A DNA stretch of 64,000 nt from Anaerolineales bacterium (GCA_041753035.1 JBGSVI010000091.1:22148-86147); one strand, 5' to 3'. Shown: positions 1-10,372, counted from the stretch's first letter. A program made the numbers and translations. Notes: generated by a model from the sequence alone, not told the origin.

Positions 1-32
1 AACGCGCAGATGTTCTAAGCGGACGGGATACC

Positions 33-455
33 GTGGAAATCACCCCCGGGGTGCAGATCCCCGATGATGAACTGCGCATCACCTTCGTGCAAGCCTCCGG
101 ACCGGGTGGGCAGAACGTGAACAAGGTGGCAACTGCGGCGCAATTGCGCTTTAACGTGGGTGCCTCGTCCGCGCTCCGGGAGGAGGTGAAGGAACGGCTG
201 CGGAGGCTGGCAGGCAGACGGATGACAGGCGAGGGGGTGTTGGTGATCGAAGCCAAGCGGTATCGCAGCCAGGAAAAGAACCGGCTGGATGCAGTAGAGC
301 GGCTGCGCGTACTGGTGTTGAAGGCGCTGGAAATCCCGAAGGAACGCCGTCCCACCAAGCCAAGCAGGAGTGCGAACAGGCGGAGGATAGAGAGCAAGAA
401 ACGCAGGGGGGAGATCAAGAAAAACAGAACAGCAAGAACAGGCAGTGAGGAATAG
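33..455 (+). CDS. arfB: Alternative ribosome-rescue factor ArfB (peptidyl-tRNA hydrolase, class-I release-factor-like)
   Basis: 140 aa with a GTG start. It has a GPGGQNVNKV GGQ motif followed by a long Lys/Arg-rich C-terminal tail, typical of ArfB/YaeJ. Confidence 0.85.
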   Translation: MEITPGVQIPDDELRITFVQASGPGGQNVNKVATAAQLRFNVGASSALREEVKERLRRLAGRRMTGEGVLVIEAKRYRSQEKNRLDAVERLRVLVLKALEIPKERRPTKPSRSANRRRIESKKRRGEIKKNRTARTGSEE

Positions 456-457
456 GT

Positions 458-1879
458 TCAGCGGACAGTGTGGAGGAGTGCCATGTTGGGCTGGGGGAAA
501 TCGCGCACCGGGAAGCCAGAGACGATGACCACCTGCTGGCCGGGGCGGATGGCGCCTTTTTCTTTGAGGGCTATTTCCACATGGGTGATCATATCTTCGA
601 CCGTGTCCGCCCAGGGGACATGGTGGGGAATGACACCCCAGGCAGCCGCCAGGCGACGGTACGTTTGATCGACGGGGGTGAAGGCAAGCACGGGAACACA
701 GGGGCGGGCCTTAGAGAGCAGGACGGCGGTGCGCCCGGTGCGGGTGAAGAGGGCAATGGCTTCCACGTCGCGGTCATGGGCAAGTTCGCGGGCAGCCAGG
801 CAAATGGCCACGGCATCATCCTTTTCATTTGCCTGTATCACCTGGGTGTGCCCCCAGAGGTCGAAATCCGATTCAGCTTGGCGGACGATGCGGTCCATCA
901 TCTTCACGGCTTCCAGGGGGTACTTCCCAGCAGCGGTCTCGCCGGAGAGCATGACAGCATCGGTGCCGTCGTAAATGGCGTTGGCGACATCGGAGGCCTC
1001 GGCACGCGTGGGCAGAGGATTGTGGATCATCGATTCGAGCATCTGGGTGGCGGTGATAACCAGTTTGCCCTTACGGTTGGCCTGCTGGATGATGCGCTTC
1101 TGGGCACCGGGGACATCTTCGGGGGCCATTTCCACGCCAAGGTCACCGCGGGCGACCATGACACCATCGGAGGCATCGAGGATGCCATCGAGGTTATCGA
1201 GCGCCTCGGGACGCTCCAACTTGGCAATAACCAGGGGCGCTTGTTCACCCAGGCGGGTTGACACGATCTGTTTGACCATGGCAACATCTTCCGGCAGGCG
1301 GACGAAGGAGATGGCAATGAGATCGACACCCTGGGAGAGACCAAATTCCAGGTCTTCGGCGTCCTTATCGGTGAAGGCAGGGATATTGAGGCGTACGCCG
1401 GGCAGGTTGATGCCCTTGTTGGAGGAGAGTTCACCACCGGTGCGCACCTCGGCGGTGACGATGCTGCGCTGGATGGAGAGCACCTGGAGCGCCAGGCGAC
1501 CATCATCGAGCAGGATGCGGTCACCGACCTTGACAGAGTAGAAGAGTTGGGGGAAATCGACGGGGATGGAATCGCCATCCGGTCGCTCGCCATTCTCGGG
1601 GTAGAGGCGAACCTGTTGACCGGCAACAAGGTTCAGCGGCTGGGGGAGGACACCGACGCGGATCTTCGGTCCCTGCAAGTCCTGGAGGATGGCAAGGGGG
1701 CGGTTGAGGCGGCGGGATACGGAGCGCAGGCAGGCAATACGCTCGGCGTGGCTCGCCTGCGTGCCGTGTGAGAAATTGAGGCGGGCAACGTCCATGCCAG
1801 AAAGAATGAGGGATTCGACCATCTCCTCGGTCTGGCTAGCGGGACCCATCGTGGCAACGATCTTCGCTTTTCTGTCCAT
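458..1879 (-). CDS. pyk: Pyruvate kinase
   Basis: 473 aa. N-terminus KIVATMGPAS...MDVARLNFSHG and full-length colinearity with the pyruvate kinase fold including the C-terminal regulatory domain. Confidence 0.95.
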   Translation of the reverse strand: MDRKAKIVATMGPASQTEEMVESLILSGMDVARLNFSHGTQASHAERIACLRSVSRRLNRPLAILQDLQGPKIRVGVLPQPLNLVAGQQVRLYPENGERPDGDSIPVDFPQLFYSVKVGDRILLDDGRLALQVLSIQRSIVTAEVRTGGELSSNKGINLPGVRLNIPAFTDKDAEDLEFGLSQGVDLIAISFVRLPEDVAMVKQIVSTRLGEQAPLVIAKLERPEALDNLDGILDASDGVMVARGDLGVEMAPEDVPGAQKRIIQQANRKGKLVITATQMLESMIHNPLPTRAEASDVANAIYDGTDAVMLSGETAAGKYPLEAVKMMDRIVRQAESDFDLWGHTQVIQANEKDDAVAICLAARELAHDRDVEAIALFTRTGRTAVLLSKARPCVPVLAFTPVDQTYRRLAAAWGVIPHHVPWADTVEDMITHVEIALKEKGAIRPGQQVVIVSGFPVRDFPQPNMALLHTVR

Positions 1880-1885
1880 GGGGAT

Positions 1886-1891
1886 ATTATA
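1886..1891 (-). promoter_or_regulatory. -10 hexamer TATAAT placed 6 nt upstream of the pyk ATG (leaderless geometry)
   Basis: The minus strand reads ggTATATAATatccccATG. No Shine-Dalgarno fits between the hexamer and the ATG. Confidence 0.35.
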
Positions 1892-1970
1892 TACCTGTCA
1901 TTGTCATAAAAAGCCCATTTTCAAAGTCTGCCACAGCAAGCAGAATTCACAGGAAAAAGAAGATCCCGGG

Positions 1971-3278
1971 TTAGATCCAGTAGAGCTCGCGGGCCTGCTT
2001 CTCCAGATCGGCGCGGAAATCAGGGTGGGAGATGCCTATGAGGGCATGGACGCGCTGGCGGATGGATTTTCCGTACAGGTCCGCGGCGCCGTACTCGGTG
2101 ACGACGTAGTGGACGTGGTTGCGCCCGGTGATGACACCAGCACCCTGCTTGAGCAGGGAGACGATCTTGCTGATGGCAGTGCCATCCTTCATCAGGTTGG
2201 TGCTGGGCATGGCAATGATCGGCACCCCACCCTTTGAACGGGAAGCACCATAGATGAAATCGAGCTGCCCGCCAACGCCGCTAAAGAATTTGGGGCCGAT
2301 GCTGTCGGAACAGACCTGCCCGGTGAGGTCGATCTCAATGGCGGAGTTGATGGCGACCATGCGGTCATTTTGGGCAATGTTGAAGGGGTCGTTGACAAAC
2401 TCGGTGCGGCGGAACTCAAGCAGGGGATTGTCATCGACCCACCTGTACAGGCGCTGCGTGCCGAGAACGAAGCCGACAACGATCTTGCCGGGGAGCAATG
2501 TCTTGCGGGCATTGTTGATGACACCCGCCTCGACCAGGTCGATGACCCCATCCGAGATCAACTCGGAATGGATGCCAAGGTCCTTTTTCTGCTTGAGGAA
2601 ACCGAGAACGGCATCCGGGATGGCACCGATGCCCAACTGGAGGGTGGCGCCATCAGGGATGAGTTCGGCGATGTGACCGGCGATGCGGCTGGAGATCTCG
2701 TCACCGGCATCCCCCATGGGCACATCGACCAGGGGGTAATCCACCGGAACGATGTGGGTAAGTTGGCTGACGTGGATGAAGGAATCGCCGAGGGTGCGCG
2801 GCATCTGCGGGTTGACCTCGGCGATGATGATGCGAGCGGATTCCGCGGGAGTCTTGGAAAGACCCACTTCCACTCCCAGGGAGCAATAGCCATGCTCGTC
2901 CGGGGGTGAAAGATGCAAGAGGGCAACATCCAGGGGGAGCTGCCCGTTCTTGAAGAGCAGGGTGAACTCGGAGAGCAAGACCGGGGTGAAATCGGTACGG
3001 CCCTCCCAGACAGATCTGCGCACGTTGGTGCTGATGAACAGGCTGTTGACCCGCAGATGTTCTTCCATGCCGGGTTTCACATAGTCGGAGGGGCAGATGG
3101 CCAACGCCTGGCAGAGTTCGACATCGTGGAGATGTGGAGCATATTCCACCAGGGCAGAAAGCAATTCCTGGGGCACAGAACCGTTGCCGGTCATGAAGAC
3201 ACGGTGCCCGGACTTGATGGTGCGAACTGCTTCAGCGGCGGTCGTCAGGCGGGAATTGTAGACCTGCTTCCAATCCAT
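1971..3278 (-). CDS. Acetyl-CoA hydrolase/transferase family protein (4-hydroxybutyrate CoA-transferase-like)
   Basis: 435 aa. Family-typical N-terminus (AAEAV..IKSG..V) and a GGQLDF motif. AGGAG lies 6 nt upstream of the ATG. Confidence 0.85.
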   Translation of the reverse strand: MDWKQVYNSRLTTAAEAVRTIKSGHRVFMTGNGSVPQELLSALVEYAPHLHDVELCQALAICPSDYVKPGMEEHLRVNSLFISTNVRRSVWEGRTDFTPVLLSEFTLLFKNGQLPLDVALLHLSPPDEHGYCSLGVEVGLSKTPAESARIIIAEVNPQMPRTLGDSFIHVSQLTHIVPVDYPLVDVPMGDAGDEISSRIAGHIAELIPDGATLQLGIGAIPDAVLGFLKQKKDLGIHSELISDGVIDLVEAGVINNARKTLLPGKIVVGFVLGTQRLYRWVDDNPLLEFRRTEFVNDPFNIAQNDRMVAINSAIEIDLTGQVCSDSIGPKFFSGVGGQLDFIYGASRSKGGVPIIAMPSTNLMKDGTAISKIVSLLKQGAGVITGRNHVHYVVTEYGAADLYGKSIRQRVHALIGISHPDFRADLEKQARELYWI

Positions 3279-3310
3279 AAGTGACTCCTACAGTAGATGA
3301 TATAGAAATA

Positions 3311-3344
3311 GTGCTCCGGGTTGGATCCGGAGCACAGGTTTTTT
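3311..3344 (-). terminator. Intrinsic-terminator-like hairpin downstream of rocD
   Basis: Perfect 9-bp stem gtgctccgg/ccggagcac with a 7-nt loop. It is flanked by an A-run/T-run, so it has a bidirectional appearance. Confidence 0.5.
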
Positions 3345-3354
3345 CCAGGCAGCC

Positions 3355-4557
3355 TTACACCATGTTCAGGACCTCACGGATTGAAGGCAACGCCCAGTCG
3401 ATGGTGGCTTTATCGACAACCAGGGGCGGGGCAAAGCGGATGACATAGTCGTGGGTTTCCTTGGCAAGGATGCCCTTCTTCTGCAGGGCTTCGCAGAAGC
3501 GGCGCGCTCCGCCGGTCTCTTTCTTCAGTTCCACACCGATGAGCAAGCCACGACCGCGTATCTCCTTGACATTCGGACTGGAAATTTTAGCCAACTGCTC
3601 AACGAAGTATTCGCCCATGTCGAAGGAACGCTGGACAAGGTTCTCCTCGACGATGACACGCATGGCAGCGCGGGCGACAGCGGCGGCAAGAGGGTTACCG
3701 CCAAAGGTTGAACCGTGCTCACCGGGGCGGAAAAGTCCCAGGATGTCTGCATCCGCAAGGACGGCTGAAACGGGGTAGAAACCACCGGCGAGCGCCTTGC
3801 CGATGATGGTCACATCGGGGCGTACATCTTCATACCGGGCGGCAAAGAGCTTGCCAGTGCGTCCCAACCCGGTCTGGATCTCATCAGCGATGAAGAGGAC
3901 ATTGTTTTGGCGGCAAAGTTCGGCTACACGCTTGATATAACCCGCCGGCGGGACGATGACACCACCCTCACCCTGTATGGGTTCGAGCAGAACGGCGGCG
4001 GTGTTGGGGGTGATGGCGTTTGCAATCGCCTCGGCATCCCCGTAGGGTACGGTGACAAAACCCGGGGTGAAGGGACCAAAGTCGTCGCGGTAGAGCGGCT
4101 CGGTGGAGAAAGAGATGGTGGAGATGGTGCGCCCGTGGAAATTTCCGGCGGCGGTGATGATCTCGGCCTGGTGACGGGGGATCTTCTTGACCTGGTAGGC
4201 CCACTTGCGGGCAAGTTTGAGGGCTGTCTCGACGGCCTCGGCGCCTGAGTTCATGGGCAAAGACATGCCATAGCCGGTCAACTCAGAAAGTTCCTTGTAG
4301 AACAAAGGCAACTGGTCATTGCGAAAGGCACGGCTGGTGAGGGTGACCTTGCCAGCCTGTTCGATCAAAGCGGCGAGGATCTTCGGGTGGACGTGTCCCT
4401 GGTTGACGGCTGAATAGGCGGAGAGACAGTCGAGGTATTTCCTGCCATCGACATCATAGACCCAGACGCCTTCAGCGCGAGAGATGACCACATCCAAGGG
4501 GTGGTAGTTGTGCGCACCGTAACGTTCTTCGAGTTGAACGAATTCCTGCGTGTTCAT
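3355..4557 (-). CDS. rocD: Ornithine--oxo-acid aminotransferase (class III PLP aminotransferase)
   Basis: 400 aa. The N-terminal block [48 protein letters not shown] is characteristic of ornithine aminotransferase. Confidence 0.85.
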   Translation of the reverse strand: MNTQEFVQLEERYGAHNYHPLDVVISRAEGVWVYDVDGRKYLDCLSAYSAVNQGHVHPKILAALIEQAGKVTLTSRAFRNDQLPLFYKELSELTGYGMSLPMNSGAEAVETALKLARKWAYQVKKIPRHQAEIITAAGNFHGRTISTISFSTEPLYRDDFGPFTPGFVTVPYGDAEAIANAITPNTAAVLLEPIQGEGGVIVPPAGYIKRVAELCRQNNVLFIADEIQTGLGRTGKLFAARYEDVRPDVTIIGKALAGGFYPVSAVLADADILGLFRPGEHGSTFGGNPLAAAVARAAMRVIVEENLVQRSFDMGEYFVEQLAKISSPNVKEIRGRGLLIGVELKKETGGARRFCEALQKKGILAKETHDYVIRFAPPLVVDKATIDWALPSIREVLNMV

Positions 4558-4626
4558 GGTTTCACCTTTTCCTGTTCTGATCAGTGATGGCCCCGAGCGC
4601 CACGCAGTCGAGAGGCCAAAGAAAGA

Positions 4627-5562
4627 TCACGCCACCCCAAACAACCGGGCGAGGACCGCCTTCTGGGCGTGCAAGCGGTTGTGCGCCTGGGGGAAGATGG
4701 CGGAATGTGGACCATCAGCAACATCGTCGGTCAGTTCATGGTTGCGATGGGCGGGCAGACAGTGCATGACAATGACATCCTTGTCCGCTGCGGAGACCAG
4801 GCGGGTATTGACCTGGTATGGGGGAAAGACAACCTCGCGGCGGGCGGCTTCCTCTTCCTGTCCCATGCTGATCCAGGTGTCGGTATAGATCACCTGGGCC
4901 CCCTTAACAGCTTCCTGCGGGTCAGTCAAGAAGGCAAGTTTGGAACCAGTGAGGGCGGCAACCTTGCGCGCCTGCTCGATGCCTGCGGCGGGCATGCCAT
5001 AGCCTTCAGGATTGGCGATGGTGAAGTTCCAGCCCAACTTAACTGAAATCTGCATCAGGGAAACGGCGACATTGTTGCCATCCCCAACGAAGACCACGTT
5101 GATCCCCTTGTGCTTGCCGAACTTCTCCTGGATGGTCTGGGCATCGGCCATCGCCTGGCAAGGATGGCTGTAATCGGAGAGACCATTGAGGACGGGCACG
5201 GAGGACCATTTGGCCAATTCGAGCACGTGGGCATGCTCGAAGACACGCGCCATGACAGCATGAACATAGCCGGAAAGGACACGGGAGACATCAGCGATCG
5301 ATTCGCGCTTGCCAAGACCGATCTCGTTCGGGGATAAGTAGAGGGCATCCCCGCCCATATGGCGCATGGCCATATCGAAGGAGACGCGGGTGCGCAGGCT
5401 GGGCTTCTGGAAGATCATGCCCAGCACTTTGCCTTTGAAGAGCGGTGGATTACCGCCTGCGAAGTACTCTTGCTTGAGGCGAATGGCGAGGTCAAGCAGG
5501 TCCTGGAATTCTTCAGAGGAATGGTCGGAAATATCGAGGAAATGTTTCATCATCTGCTCCAT
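4627..5562 (-). CDS. argF: Ornithine carbamoyltransferase
   Basis: 311 aa with SLRTRVSFD (carbamoyl-phosphate site) and HCLPAHR motifs. Confidence 0.9.
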   Translation of the reverse strand: MEQMMKHFLDISDHSSEEFQDLLDLAIRLKQEYFAGGNPPLFKGKVLGMIFQKPSLRTRVSFDMAMRHMGGDALYLSPNEIGLGKRESIADVSRVLSGYVHAVMARVFEHAHVLELAKWSSVPVLNGLSDYSHPCQAMADAQTIQEKFGKHKGINVVFVGDGNNVAVSLMQISVKLGWNFTIANPEGYGMPAAGIEQARKVAALTGSKLAFLTDPQEAVKGAQVIYTDTWISMGQEEEAARREVVFPPYQVNTRLVSAADKDVIVMHCLPAHRNHELTDDVADGPHSAIFPQAHNRLHAQKAVLARLFGVA

Positions 5563-5570
5563 GTGTAGGG

Positions 5571-5576
5571 ATTCTA
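5571..5576 (-). promoter_or_regulatory. -10 hexamer TAGAAT 8 nt upstream of the argF ATG (near-leaderless geometry)
   Basis: The minus strand reads ttggaTAGAATccctacacATG. No SD is present. Confidence 0.3.
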
Positions 5577-5700
5577 TCCAAGTATCAAGCCGGATCAGGG
5601 GAAAGTCAAGTGCAAACTGTCTGATGTTCCCGGAAAGAAATCATAATCCACCACCAGGGAACAATACCCACAATGAAGATCAACCCGGACAGGTGCAGGA

Positions 5701-7023
5701 TCAGAACAGGTGGGATTCGAGATAGGAACGGGGCAGGACCGGGCGCTGGTAATAGACCACCGGCAGGGAAAGCTGGGTGGACAACTGATCTTCATAGCCC
5801 AGCGTACAGACGGGGACATTCATGGCAAGCAGGGCAGCGGTGAGGGCAGCATATTCCTGGGGAGGCGCACCAAAGGTTTCGGCTTTGATCAAGACAACCA
5901 GGGGACGCAGATTGCGCCTCTGGATGTCTTCCACGGCGAGGAGCAATTCCGGGTGTGCACTGGGCGTGATGAGGATCACTCCCGTGCCGAGAGGCAACAG
6001 ACGGGCCTGCCGGCTGACAAGTCCCAGGATGGGGATCGAACCATCCGGCTGGAGGAAGGCAAGGGTTTCCATTATTTTCCCCACCTGGCGTTCACCGCGC
6101 TCGCTGGAGAGGATGGTGAAACGGGTGGAGGAGCAGGCCAGACCCACCGAGCGGTGGTTGCGCAGGAAATGCTGAGCGAGAGAGCCAGCGGCGCTGATAG
6201 CGTATTCGAAGGTATCACAGGGAAGATCCACCTTCGGCCGGCGCAGGAGAAGCTTTTCGTCGAGTAGGGGGAGCTGCCCGACATCCCTGGAGAAATGCGT
6301 CTCCCGCCGGGCATCGACGAACAGCCAGATATCGGACTGCGGGTCCTGCTCGAATTCCTTGACCATGAAATGGCCGCGGCGAGCGGTGCTGGGCCAATGA
6401 ATGCGCTTCATCGGATCGCCGGGGACATATTCCCGCACCCCGGCAGCATGCGGGGTCACATCAGCAGTGCGGGTGCGAATGGTCTTCCCGCCCGGGAGCA
6501 GGCCGGGTGGAGGGGGGAACTCGGAAATGGGGAAGGTCATCGGCAGGACGATCAAGGTATCGGCAGCCGGGATGCTCTTCTCCACCGGGAAGAGACCAAA
6601 GGGATCCCCGGCCGAGACCTGCGTGGGGCCCAATGGAAAGGCACCTCGCCGGGTAAGCAGGGATCGGGCGACATAGATGCGCGATTCTCGGCGCCCAATA
6701 CGGGTGAGAAGGCGCGATCCGGCCGCGCCAGGAAGGGGGGAGCGGTTAACCACCTCCAGCCAGGGGCATCCCGGCCAGGTATTGACCCCAACCTTGAAGC
6801 GTTCCTCAAAGACCTCACCCACGCCGAGGCGCAGAAGGCGGGCATCGCGCTGCAGGCTGATGCCCCGCGCCAGGAAGACAGACCAGAGACCAGCAGCAAC
6901 GAGGATGGCGGCAGCCAGATACGCCAGGCGGATAAAAACGGGATTCCCGGTGGCAGCCCAGGCAAGCGTCCCGCCGAGGGCCAAGATGATCAGGAGCCAG
7001 CGGATTGAAGTAGATGTGTTCAT
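5701..7023 (-). CDS. DUF58 domain protein with two N-terminal TM helices (MoxR-associated, VWA-like)
   Basis: 440 aa with the core DUF58 motif [31 protein letters not shown]. Its start overlaps the MoxR stop (ATGA). Confidence 0.85.
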   Translation of the reverse strand: MNTSTSIRWLLIILALGGTLAWAATGNPVFIRLAYLAAAILVAAGLWSVFLARGISLQRDARLLRLGVGEVFEERFKVGVNTWPGCPWLEVVNRSPLPGAAGSRLLTRIGRRESRIYVARSLLTRRGAFPLGPTQVSAGDPFGLFPVEKSIPAADTLIVLPMTFPISEFPPPPGLLPGGKTIRTRTADVTPHAAGVREYVPGDPMKRIHWPSTARRGHFMVKEFEQDPQSDIWLFVDARRETHFSRDVGQLPLLDEKLLLRRPKVDLPCDTFEYAISAAGSLAQHFLRNHRSVGLACSSTRFTILSSERGERQVGKIMETLAFLQPDGSIPILGLVSRQARLLPLGTGVILITPSAHPELLLAVEDIQRRNLRPLVVLIKAETFGAPPQEYAALTAALLAMNVPVCTLGYEDQLSTQLSLPVVYYQRPVLPRSYLESHLF

Positions 7024-7979
7024 TTCTCCGCAGGAGAGAAGTCACCGCCAGGAACAGGCAGGGTGTCCTGGATCTCCTGGACGATGCGTTCGGCGGTCAA
7101 CTCGCGCAGGCGGGCGGCCGGGCCCACAATAACACGGTGCGCAAGGACCGGGACCGCGACTGCCTTGATATCATCCGGGAGTACAAAGGTGCGCCCATCG
7201 AGAGCAGCCAGTGCCTGGCCGGCGCGGAACAAACCCAGTGAACCGCGCGGGCTGGCTCCCAGGTAAACATCCTCGTGCTGGCGGGTGCGGTTGACCAGGT
7301 CAACCACATAGCGTTTCACCAGATCAGAGACATGGATACGCCGGATTGCAGCGATCGTGGCAAGCAGTTCATCGACCGTGATGACCGCATCCAGGGTATC
7401 GACAGGGTGCTGGACTTGCTGGCGGGTGAGGATTTCCACCTCGTCGGAAGGGGCGGGATAGCCCATGCGAACACGGAGGAGGAAGCGATCCAATTGGGCT
7501 TCTGGCAGAGGAAAAGTGCCTTCATATTCGATCGGATTCTGGGTGGCAAGAACCATGAAGGGAGGCGGCAAGGGATGAGTGAGCCCATCCACGGTCACCT
7601 GGCGCTCCTCCATTGCTTCGAGCAGGGCAGCCTGGGTCTTTGGCGTGGCGCGGTTAATCTCGTCCACAAGCACCACCTGGGCGAAGAGCGGGCCGGGGCG
7701 AAACTCGAACTGTCCGCTGCCCTGGTTGTAGATCGAGACGCCGGTCACATCGCTGGGGAGCATATCGGGGGTGAACTGCAAGCGGTTGAACGAGCAACTT
7801 ATGGAACGGGCCAGGCTGCGGGCGAGCACGGTTTTACCAACTCCAGGGACATCTTCAATGAGAACATGCCCCTGGCAAAGCAGACCGACCACGGTCAAGC
7901 GAATGGCTGAGCGCTTGCCGATGATCACTTTCTCCAGGTTGGAGATCAATCTTTCGCCAAAATTCTTGACAGATGTCAT
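7020..7979 (-). CDS. MoxR-family AAA+ ATPase
   Basis: 319 aa. Walker A GVPGVGKT, Walker [10 protein letters not shown] and typical MoxR length. ATGA overlaps on both sides. Confidence 0.9.
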   Translation of the reverse strand: MTSVKNFGERLISNLEKVIIGKRSAIRLTVVGLLCQGHVLIEDVPGVGKTVLARSLARSISCSFNRLQFTPDMLPSDVTGVSIYNQGSGQFEFRPGPLFAQVVLVDEINRATPKTQAALLEAMEERQVTVDGLTHPLPPPFMVLATQNPIEYEGTFPLPEAQLDRFLLRVRMGYPAPSDEVEILTRQQVQHPVDTLDAVITVDELLATIAAIRRIHVSDLVKRYVVDLVNRTRQHEDVYLGASPRGSLGLFRAGQALAALDGRTFVLPDDIKAVAVPVLAHRVIVGPAARLRELTAERIVQEIQDTLPVPGGDFSPAEK

Positions 7980-9082
7980 TGCTCACTCCTGATGTTTTCA
8001 TACTTGTATCCCGAACCGGTCAACAGCACTACGACAGGATCGGGCAAGGTCGTGATGACCTGACGTAGTGCGCTCCACACGATGGCTGAGGTGGGCTCGA
8101 TAAAAAAACCAAGCCGAGCAAGGGCTTCCCGCCCGGGAAGGATCTCTTCTTCATCGACAGCATATATCCTTCCCCCGGTATCCGCAACCGCCTGGAGAAC
8201 TGAATCCCCACGCACCGGGCAACTGACCCTGACCCCTTCCGCCAAAGTTGGGTTATCAGTGACAAAACCGAGAGCTTCCCTGCCGCCAGAGAACATGGCC
8301 CACAGGGGTGCGCAACGGCGCGCCTGCACCCCAACCAGGACCGGAGGGATCAAAACCGAATCATTACCTATGCGCAACGCATCAAATCCACGCGCCAGAC
8401 CGAGAAGCAGACCGCCCTGCCCCACCGGGAGTACCAATGCGCCAGGCAACCGCCCACCCAATTGAGCATAAATTTCATAAGCGGCGGTTGCATATCCGTA
8501 AAGGTTGAAAGGAAGATAGGCATGGCTGGCATACGTCGCACCCTGATCGGCTACGCGGCGGACAGCTTCGGCCACCGAGGAACGCGTCCCTGGAATTGGG
8601 ACCAGTTCAGCGCCGAGGGCTTCGATCTGGCGGCGCTTGGGACCGGAGGCGGCTGCCGGGACAAAGATACGCGCCTTGATTCCAGCCCGGGCAGCATATG
8701 CAGCGAAAGATGCGCCGGCATTCCCGGACGAATCTTCCACTGCGGCTGTCTCCCGGCGCGAGCAAAGCCAGGCTGCAATGAGCGCCGAGCCGCGATCCTT
8801 GAAAGAGCCGGTCGGATTAAGATACTCGCACTTGAACCCGACCCTGCGGCCAAAAGCCTTTGCCCATACCAAGGGTGTGCCCCCTTCCCCCAGCGAAACG
8901 GGCTCCACTGCGGAGGAAAGACCAAAATAAGCACGGTAGCGCCAGATCCCGGGCTGGGAGGGGTCCACAGCGGCAGGATCGAAAGCCATACTGGAGGTGT
9001 CGTCAAAAACGCCACCACAGGTCGGGCAGGTGAAAGGCAGACCTGAGTCAGGATAGGGGCGGCTGCAATTCGTGCAGATCAT
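7976..9082 (-). CDS. Threonine-synthase-like PLP-dependent enzyme with N-terminal CxxC...CxxC zinc ribbon
   Basis: 368 aa. The N-terminus is [18 protein letters not shown]. The PLP-lysine motif [10 protein letters not shown] belongs to the Trp-synthase beta/ThrC fold type II family. Confidence 0.8.
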   Translation of the reverse strand: MICTNCSRPYPDSGLPFTCPTCGGVFDDTSSMAFDPAAVDPSQPGIWRYRAYFGLSSAVEPVSLGEGGTPLVWAKAFGRRVGFKCEYLNPTGSFKDRGSALIAAWLCSRRETAAVEDSSGNAGASFAAYAARAGIKARIFVPAAASGPKRRQIEALGAELVPIPGTRSSVAEAVRRVADQGATYASHAYLPFNLYGYATAAYEIYAQLGGRLPGALVLPVGQGGLLLGLARGFDALRIGNDSVLIPPVLVGVQARRCAPLWAMFSGGREALGFVTDNPTLAEGVRVSCPVRGDSVLQAVADTGGRIYAVDEEEILPGREALARLGFFIEPTSAIVWSALRQVITTLPDPVVVLLTGSGYKYENIRSEQ

Positions 9083-9117
9083 CCTCGTGTGCTCCGGGGA
9101 AAGATACAGGGGTTTCC

Positions 9118-9576
9118 TTATGTGTTCTCAGGTGGGTGGTGATCGCTTTCCACCCAATATTCCCCCTGGGGGCCGACTTCCTTCTTCCAGATGGGAACTG
9201 CTTCCTTCACCCGGTCGATGCCATAACGGGCAGCCTCGAAGATGCCTGTATGGCGATGGGCAGCCGAACAAGCGACAACGATGGTGGGGGTTTGTGGGTA
9301 GAGCCGGCCAATGCGCTGGACAATGGCTATCCCCTGGAGATCAGGCCATTTCTGGCGCATCTCGCCAGCGATCTGAGCCATCTTCTCTTCAGCCATACCC
9401 TGGTAGGCTTCGTACTCCAGGTAACTGGTCTGGTGCTCTCCACCATGGCGTGTGACGCCGCGCACCATGCCGGTGAATATCGCAGCAGCGCCCGAGGAAG
9501 GCAAGGTGATGGCGGCCAGGAGAGCGTCCAGGTCGAGGGGGGAGTCGGTGATCGAGGTGATGGTAGGATTTTCCAT
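9118..9576 (-). CDS. moaE: Molybdopterin synthase catalytic subunit MoaE
   Basis: 152 aa with family-typical blocks GAAAIFTGMVR, LEYEAY..MAE and PIWKKE. Confidence 0.9.
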   Translation of the reverse strand: MENPTITSITDSPLDLDALLAAITLPSSGAAAIFTGMVRGVTRHGGEHQTSYLEYEAYQGMAEEKMAQIAGEMRQKWPDLQGIAIVQRIGRLYPQTPTIVVACSAAHRHTGIFEAARYGIDRVKEAVPIWKKEVGPQGEYWVESDHHPPENT

Positions 9577-9595
9577 AAGAAGGAGCTTTCAGGAG

Positions 9596-9850
9596 TCAAC
9601 CGCCGGAAACCGGGGGAATGAAGGCGATCTCGGCATTCTCCGGGATGGTTTGTTCACCGGTGGCATATTCGTGGTTGATGGCAACCTGGAGCGAGTCTTT
9701 CATTCTCTCCAGAGGTGGGTAGGCATTGACCAGGGAAGCGATCAAAGCGCTGACGGAGGTACCAGCAGCGACATCCATCTCCAAGGAGCGGGTGCCGATG
9801 GTATCACGAAGGCTGGCAAAAAAAAGGATATGAATGTGGTTCATGGGCAA
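9596..9850 (-). CDS. moaD: Molybdopterin synthase sulfur-carrier subunit MoaD
   Basis: 84 aa of ubiquitin-like size. The C-terminus is ...IPPVSGG-stop (diglycine). It lies immediately upstream of moaE. Confidence 0.85.
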   Translation of the reverse strand: MPMNHIHILFFASLRDTIGTRSLEMDVAAGTSVSALIASLVNAYPPLERMKDSLQVAINHEYATGEQTIPENAEIAFIPPVSGG

Positions 9851-9853
9851 TTC

Positions 9854-10360
9854 TCACCGGTCGAGGGCATGACTGTCCTCATCTACGATCACAACATCAC
9901 CGCTGAGCCCACCATGTTTCTCGACCAGGCAAATATTGCGGATGAGCATGGTCTTTTCGACTGCCTTGGCCATGTCATAAACCGTGAGCGCAGCCACCGA
10001 GACTGCGGTCAGCGCTTCCATTTCCACACCGGTCTTGCCAGTGGTCTTCACCTCGGCGGTGATGCGCACACCTGGCAAGGAGTCATCCAGGTCCAGAAAA
10101 ACCTCGATATGGGTAATGGGCAAGGGATGACACAGGGGGATCAGTTCGGAGGTGCGCTTGGCGGCATTAATGCCGGCAACCTGGGCAACGGTGAGCACAT
10201 CGCCCTTTTTGAGGCTGCCAGCACGAATGAGATCGAACGTGGCTGGTTTCATCACCACTTCACCCCTGGCAACGGCATGGCGTTCGGTATCCGGCTTGGC
10301 GCCTACATCAACCATGTGGAGGCGACCGGTTTTATCAAGATGGGTCAACTGGGAAGGCAT
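9854..10360 (-). CDS. moaC: Cyclic pyranopterin monophosphate synthase accessory protein MoaC
   Basis: The track ORF is trimmed to the internal ATG at 10360 ([15 protein letters not shown]). The blocks [21 protein letters not shown] are typical of MoaC. Confidence 0.9.
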   Translation of the reverse strand: MPSQLTHLDKTGRLHMVDVGAKPDTERHAVARGEVVMKPATFDLIRAGSLKKGDVLTVAQVAGINAAKRTSELIPLCHPLPITHIEVFLDLDDSLPGVRITAEVKTTGKTGVEMEALTAVSVAALTVYDMAKAVEKTMLIRNICLVEKHGGLSGDVVIVDEDSHALDR

Positions 10361-10366
10361 GGAATA

Positions 10367-10372
10367 ATTATA
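10367..10372 (-). promoter_or_regulatory. -10 hexamer TATAAT 6 nt upstream of the moaC ATG
   Basis: The minus strand reads cttATAATtattccATG, i.e. TATAAT + 6 nt + ATG. It sits inside a 30-bp divergent spacer. Confidence 0.35.
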
